From the NCBI GenBank assembly GCA_964588695.1, contig CAZPQK010000004.1, positions 226,304-290,303 of the forward strand: a DNA stretch of 64,000 nucleotides, written 5' to 3'. Positions 59,703 through 64,000 of this stretch are shown here, piece after piece. The translations under genes were made by a program, and so were the position numbers. The first letter of the stretch is position 1. Each line of letters begins with the position of its first letter. This DNA is from an uncultured bacterium (GTDB lineage Bacteria; Krumholzibacteriota; Krumholzibacteriia; WVZY01; JAKEHA01). The notes below the pieces were generated by a model. The model was not told the origin of the DNA. It saw nothing but the letters and a program-made list of their open reading frames with translations, and made no database searches.

Positions 59703-61013
59703 CTACTCGTCTTCGGTCGGGATGGTTTTACCGTGCGGATCACGCGCCTCGGCAACCGACTCGGCCAGGTCGCGACGCATAGCGTCGTCGGTGACGTGCT
59801 CCAGCATATGAGCGGTTGGGTGAACGTGGTCAGCCGGCAGGTTCAAATACTGATGCAGAAAGGACTCCCACAGGCGATGGGTTCGAATGAGCATGCGAGC
59901 TTCGGTCCGACCGTCGTCGGTTAAGATCAGGCGCCCCTGATTGCCAGTAACTTTGCCGTTCTGACGCAGTTGCCGTACCGCGAGCCATCGGGCAATCGGG
60001 TTGACTTGCAGACCCGCGTCCATTGCGGCCGCTGGCAATGAAACCGTATGGCTAGCGTCAAGTTCTTCGAGTCGGTACAGAAGCCCAAGCACGTCTTCGC
60101 GAATCACCCGCAACGTCACTCGGGTACGGTTGAGTACCGCCGAAAGCAATCCGTGGCGTGGCGCAAAGATCCAGGCCAGCACAAATAGTATCCCCGCGGT
60201 GAACGCAATCATTCCCGACGTAATCGTGTCACCCATGCCCAACGCCGACGGAATGGTGATGGCGCCAATGTGTCCCATCGCCGCAGCGATCGCACCGACG
60301 ACGACACTTAGCGCAATCATCACCCCGAACTTGTCGGTCAACAGGTAGGCGGTGGCGGCGGGCACCACCAACATCGCGATTACCAGAATACTCCCCACGG
60401 TTTCAAACGCCGATACTGTGGTCGCGGCGGTCATTGTCATTAGCAGATAGTGCATCAGGCGTGCGTTGACACCAACGGTTGTCGCCAGAGCAGGGTCAAA
60501 CGCGCTTATTTTGAACTCTTTAAAGAACAACAGCAGGACAATCAGGTTGGCTGCAAACATTCCGCCGTTAATTAGCACTGCCCGCGGAACCTTCCAGCCA
60601 AACACGGTTACTTCGTCGGTGGCCGCGGTAATAATGTCGCCATACAAAACACAACCGGGGTCGAGGTCCACTGCATCTAATGCGCGCCGGATCAGTACCA
60701 GGCCCAGTGCGAACAGAATGGTGAATACAACACCCATCGCGGTGCCGCTGTCGGTTTTACCAAGCTTCTTTACCCACTCCACCAAGAAAGCCGTTAGAAC
60801 ACCGATGACGGCGGCACCGATAAACATCGGCAGCGGTTCGCGGCTCTGGGTAATCAAAAACGCAATCGCAAGTCCCGGCAGCACTGTATGGCTGATGGCA
60901 TCGCCCATCATGCTCATGCGACGCAACACCAGTATGGCGCCGGGAATCGCGCAGGCGCCGGCGCATAGGACGCCAATCACGATGGTCCACGTGTCTAGGG
61001 GATACCACGTCAT
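59703..61013 (-). CDS. Mn/Zn/Fe ABC permease fused to a DtxR-like domain
   Basis: SMMGDAISHTVLPG, FDP; C-terminal RTHRLWESFL...HVHPTAHMLEH. Confidence 0.92.
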   Translation of the reverse strand: MTWYPLDTWTIVIGVLCAGACAIPGAILVLRRMSMMGDAISHTVLPGLAIAFLITQSREPLPMFIGAAVIGVLTAFLVEWVKKLGKTDSGTAMGVVFTILFALGLVLIRRALDAVDLDPGCVLYGDIITAATDEVTVFGWKVPRAVLINGGMFAANLIVLLLFFKEFKISAFDPALATTVGVNARLMHYLLMTMTAATTVSAFETVGSILVIAMLVVPAATAYLLTDKFGVMIALSVVVGAIAAAMGHIGAITIPSALGMGDTITSGMIAFTAGILFVLAWIFAPRHGLLSAVLNRTRVTLRVIREDVLGLLYRLEELDASHTVSLPAAAMDAGLQVNPIARWLAVRQLRQNGKVTGNQGRLILTDDGRTEARMLIRTHRLWESFLHQYLNLPADHVHPTAHMLEHVTDDAMRRDLAESVAEARDPHGKTIPTEDE

Positions 61014-62356
61014 GTTGTTTGTCCCTGGTCCAGTTGGTGCGGGCTGTCCGGGACCACCAGATGCGGAAACTTTTCCGCGAGAAGTTTTTCTAACCGGTCA
61101 ATCAAGTCCGGGCTTAGTACGTGTTCGATATGGTCGGCGTCGCGATCGACGTGGCTAGGTGCGATGTCGGCGTGGGTGATTAGATAGACTTCCCACAAGC
61201 GATGGTTACGAACCACCCGGCGCGCGGTGGCCTCACCGTCACGGGTGAGGCGGTAGGATCCGTCTGTGCCCGGAGTCATAAAGTGTTCGCGTCTCGCTCG
61301 TCGCAACAGGCCTTTAAGTTCGCCGGTTCTCCAAGCGCGATGCGCGGAGAGTTCGGCAAGAGTAAATGTTCGGTCGTTGGAGTCGGAGGCCGGGTGTTCC
61401 AACAACTCGTAGGCGGCGCGCATCAGGTTCTGCATACCGACGCGACGGTTCAGCGAAGCGTTGCGCACCCAACGAACCACTAGTCCGCGTTGAGCTCCAA
61501 ACACCAGACTGATTACAAAAACGCCGCCACAAACCAGAACAATGATTGGCCCGGTGGGAAGCCGGGTGTACATAGCGCTGGCGATTGCTCCCAGATAACC
61601 GCTCGCCATGCCGATAGCGCCTGCGGCGAGTGTCATCGTGCGCAACTGTTCGGTCCAAAAGCGCGCGGCGGCCGCGGGAATGATTAGTAGTGACACCACC
61701 AAAACCAGGCCCACCGACTGCAGGCCAATAACGGTTACGCCAACAACAAGGCCCATTAGCGACGCATCAAGCAACACGACCGGCCAACCTTGGGCAGCGG
61801 CAAATGATTCGTCGAAGCACAGCAGCCGGAACTCTTTAAACAGGAACACGGTGAGAACCACGATGATGACCGCGGCCCAGAAAATGACGGTAGCATCGGC
61901 GGTCAACATCGAAGCCGCGCGACCCAGGATGAATCGATCGAGGCCAGCCGCACTGCCACCCGGCAGATCCTCGGCCAGCTTAATTAGCGATGCTCCGAGG
62001 CCAAAGAACACGCTTAGTACAATTCCCAGTGCGGCGTCGTCTTTGATTCGCGTGGTGTGGCGGATGGCCAGAATCATTGCCATGCCCAGCAATCCAAAAA
62101 CGAATGCGCCCGCCAGCAAAATAAAAATGTTCTTACCGTCGCCGCCAAACGCGACCGCCAGCATAAACCCAACGGCGATTCCGGGAAGGGTGGCGTGCGA
62201 TAGGGCATCGGCGGTAAGCGACCGCTTGCGCAGCAGCAGAAATGTGCCGATCACTCCGCCGGCTAGCCCCAATAGCGTGACGCCCGCAACCACAATGCGG
62301 GTGTTGTAGTCGGTCAACAAGATGACGCGGGTAAATTTTTCCAGCCACAACTCCAT
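61010..62356 (-). CDS. Mn/Zn/Fe ABC permease fused to a DtxR-like domain
   Basis: SLTADALSHATLPG, CFDE; C-terminal RNHRLWEVYL...HVDRDADHIEH. Confidence 0.92.
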   Translation of the reverse strand: MELWLEKFTRVILLTDYNTRIVVAGVTLLGLAGGVIGTFLLLRKRSLTADALSHATLPGIAVGFMLAVAFGGDGKNIFILLAGAFVFGLLGMAMILAIRHTTRIKDDAALGIVLSVFFGLGASLIKLAEDLPGGSAAGLDRFILGRAASMLTADATVIFWAAVIIVVLTVFLFKEFRLLCFDESFAAAQGWPVVLLDASLMGLVVGVTVIGLQSVGLVLVVSLLIIPAAAARFWTEQLRTMTLAAGAIGMASGYLGAIASAMYTRLPTGPIIVLVCGGVFVISLVFGAQRGLVVRWVRNASLNRRVGMQNLMRAAYELLEHPASDSNDRTFTLAELSAHRAWRTGELKGLLRRARREHFMTPGTDGSYRLTRDGEATARRVVRNHRLWEVYLITHADIAPSHVDRDADHIEHVLSPDLIDRLEKLLAEKFPHLVVPDSPHQLDQGQTT

Positions 62357-62358
62357 GG

Positions 62359-63189
62359 CTACCGCTTCTTGGGACTGCGTGCGAACGCTTCCGCCGCTTC
62401 GCTTAGCAGCGTCAACCGCCCGCCGTAAGTTTTGACCAGGTTATCTTGGGTGAACACTTCTTCGGTGGGGCCATGCGCAACCACGCGCATGTTTAGCAGA
62501 ATCAAGTTGTCAAAGTACTGCTCGACGGTATGCAGGTCGTGGTGAACCACCAGGACGGTTTTTCCCTGCGAGCGCAATTCGCGCAGTACTTCGACGATCG
62601 CCTCTTCGGTGGATGCGTCGACACTGGCGAAAGGTTCGTCCATAAAGTACAGTTTGGCGTCCTGCGCCAGGGCGCGCGCCAAAAAAACGCGCTGTTGCTG
62701 ACCGCCGGACAGATTGCTAATTTGTCGGTGTGCAAGGTCGGCCAGTCCAACGCGGTCGAGCGCTTCCAACGCACGCTTGCGATGCGCGCGATTCACCGGA
62801 CGAAACCATCCGATCTGGCCGTACAAACCCATCGCCACCACATCAAGCGCACTCACCGGAAAGTCCCAATCCACAGACTCGCGCTGAGGAACGTACCCGA
62901 CCAGGTGGCGCTGTTTGCGATAAGACTTTCCGTAGATGGTTACAATACCCGACACGCGCGGTACCAGGTCGAGCGCGGCTTTGATTAGCGTGGTCTTGCC
63001 CGCGCCGTTGGGCCCGATAATTCCGATTAGCCGTGCCTCGGGAATGTCCAGGTCAACGTCCCATAGCACCGGCTTGCGGTAGTACGCTACCGTCATATCA
63101 TGAATGGAAAGCGGCGCAACCGGAGAGTGATCCTCCCCCTGAGAAACCCGGTGTGCGACAGTGGGCTTGTGTTGCGGGTCTTTAGTCAA
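62359..63189 (-). CDS. Metal ABC transporter ATP-binding protein
   Basis: GPNGAGKT, YVPQR, LSGGQQQR, MDEPF, VHHD; probable TTG start 63189 overlapping the binding-protein stop. Confidence 0.95.
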   Translation of the reverse strand: MTKDPQHKPTVAHRVSQGEDHSPVAPLSIHDMTVAYYRKPVLWDVDLDIPEARLIGIIGPNGAGKTTLIKAALDLVPRVSGIVTIYGKSYRKQRHLVGYVPQRESVDWDFPVSALDVVAMGLYGQIGWFRPVNRAHRKRALEALDRVGLADLAHRQISNLSGGQQQRVFLARALAQDAKLYFMDEPFASVDASTEEAIVEVLRELRSQGKTVLVVHHDLHTVEQYFDNLILLNMRVVAHGPTEEVFTQDNLVKTYGGRLTLLSEAAEAFARSPKKR

Positions 63190-64000
63190 CGTTGAGTTTC
63201 CCTTGAAAGCCACCAGCTGGAGCTTCGCCGCCCAGTGCGCGCGCAATAGTGGTGGCGTTGTGGTCTAACATGCCTACGTAGGTGCCGCGGTAAGTTCCGG
63301 CGGCGCCCATGGCATCCGAAAACAGTTTGCCGCCGATGATCACGTCGTGTCCTTTTGCCGCCGCGCCTTCGATAAGTGCGCGAACATTTTTGTCAGACAC
63401 ACTGGTCTCTACAAAGACAGCCCTAATGTTGCGCTGTGTAATCTCGTCGATCAATTGATTTATGTCGTCAAGTCCAGCTTCGGATTCGGTAGAGATACCT
63501 TGTATCCCTTTGACTTCAATCCCATACGCGCGACCGAAGTAGTTAAATGCGTCGTGCGCAGTGACCAGTACTCGCTGACGCTGCGGCACCGACGCGATGA
63601 CTTTGCTAATGTAACCGTGTAGTTCGGTCAGGCGTCGCTGATAAGCGTCTCCCCGTTCGCGGTACTCGGAGGCGTGTTTTTCGTCGTAGCGCGAGAGCGC
63701 TTCGACAACTACGTCCACGGCGCGCGACCAGGCCGACACATCCATCCACACGTGCGGATCCCAGTGTCCGGCAAAACCTTGTGGCTCCAGAAGGAACGAC
63801 TCGTCGATCTGTTCGGTCACCGCGTACACTAGCTTGCCGTCGCGAGCAGCTCGGGTGAACGTATCGACCATGCGTCCTTCCAGCATTAGGCCGGAGTAGA
63901 ACACCACGTCGGCTCCCAATACCTGAGTTACGTCGTTTCGAGTGGGCTTGTACAGGTGCGGATCGACGCCTTCGCCCATCAAGCCAACGACACTTGCGCG
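63182..64000 (-). CDS. Metal ABC substrate-binding protein (TroA/MntA-like), 5' end outside window
   Basis: GVDPHLY, DPHVWMD, TAHDAFNYF, VFVETS, LFSDAMG. Confidence 0.93.
   Translation of the reverse strand, partial: RASVVGLMGEGVDPHLYKPTRNDVTQVLGADVVFYSGLMLEGRMVDTFTRAARDGKLVYAVTEQIDESFLLEPQGFAGHWDPHVWMDVSAWSRAVDVVVEALSRYDEKHASEYRERGDAYQRRLTELHGYISKVIASVPQRQRVLVTAHDAFNYFGRAYGIEVKGIQGISTESEAGLDDINQLIDEITQRNIRAVFVETSVSDKNVRALIEGAAAKGHDVIIGGKLFSDAMGAAGTYRGTYVGMLDHNATTIARALGGEAPAGGFQGKLNVD

Overview
Replication-origin region of a GC-rich bacterium. It probably belongs to an FCB-group candidate lineage such as Krumholzibacteriota, Latescibacterota or Eisenbacteria; this is inferred from a FlgD/T9SS-like C-terminal domain, a TonB receptor plus DUF4249-like pair and a short Bacteroidota-style sigma70. 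The conserved backbone is gyrB-dciA ... recF-dnaN ... dnaA on the minus strand and rpmH-rnpA-yidD-yidC-jag ... mnmE-mnmG-rsmG ... parA-parB-M23-bactofilin on the plus strand, interrupted by several accessory blocks. oriC is readable directly: DnaA boxes, a GC spacer, TAG DnaA-trios and an AT-rich unwinding element at about 18.9 kb. The dnaA-dnaN gap also holds a convergent mycobacterial-type MTHFR-like gene. The best candidates for new biology are (1) a three-YHS-domain lipoprotein split by an in-frame UGA in a C-U-x-x-C motif with a SECIS-like hairpin (putative selenoprotein, 32254-32955), (2) the MTHFR-like gene inside the origin, (3) a CarH-type B12 photoreceptor divergent from a sigma70 gene with operator-like repeats, (4) a DnaA-box cluster 17 kb from dnaA, (5) a secreted patatin with a beta-barrel-like tail and (6) a Mn/Zn ABC system with both permeases fused to DtxR-like domains. 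No CRISPR array, rRNA, tRNA, transposase or integrase was seen. All family assignments come from motif recognition by eye; no database searches were run.
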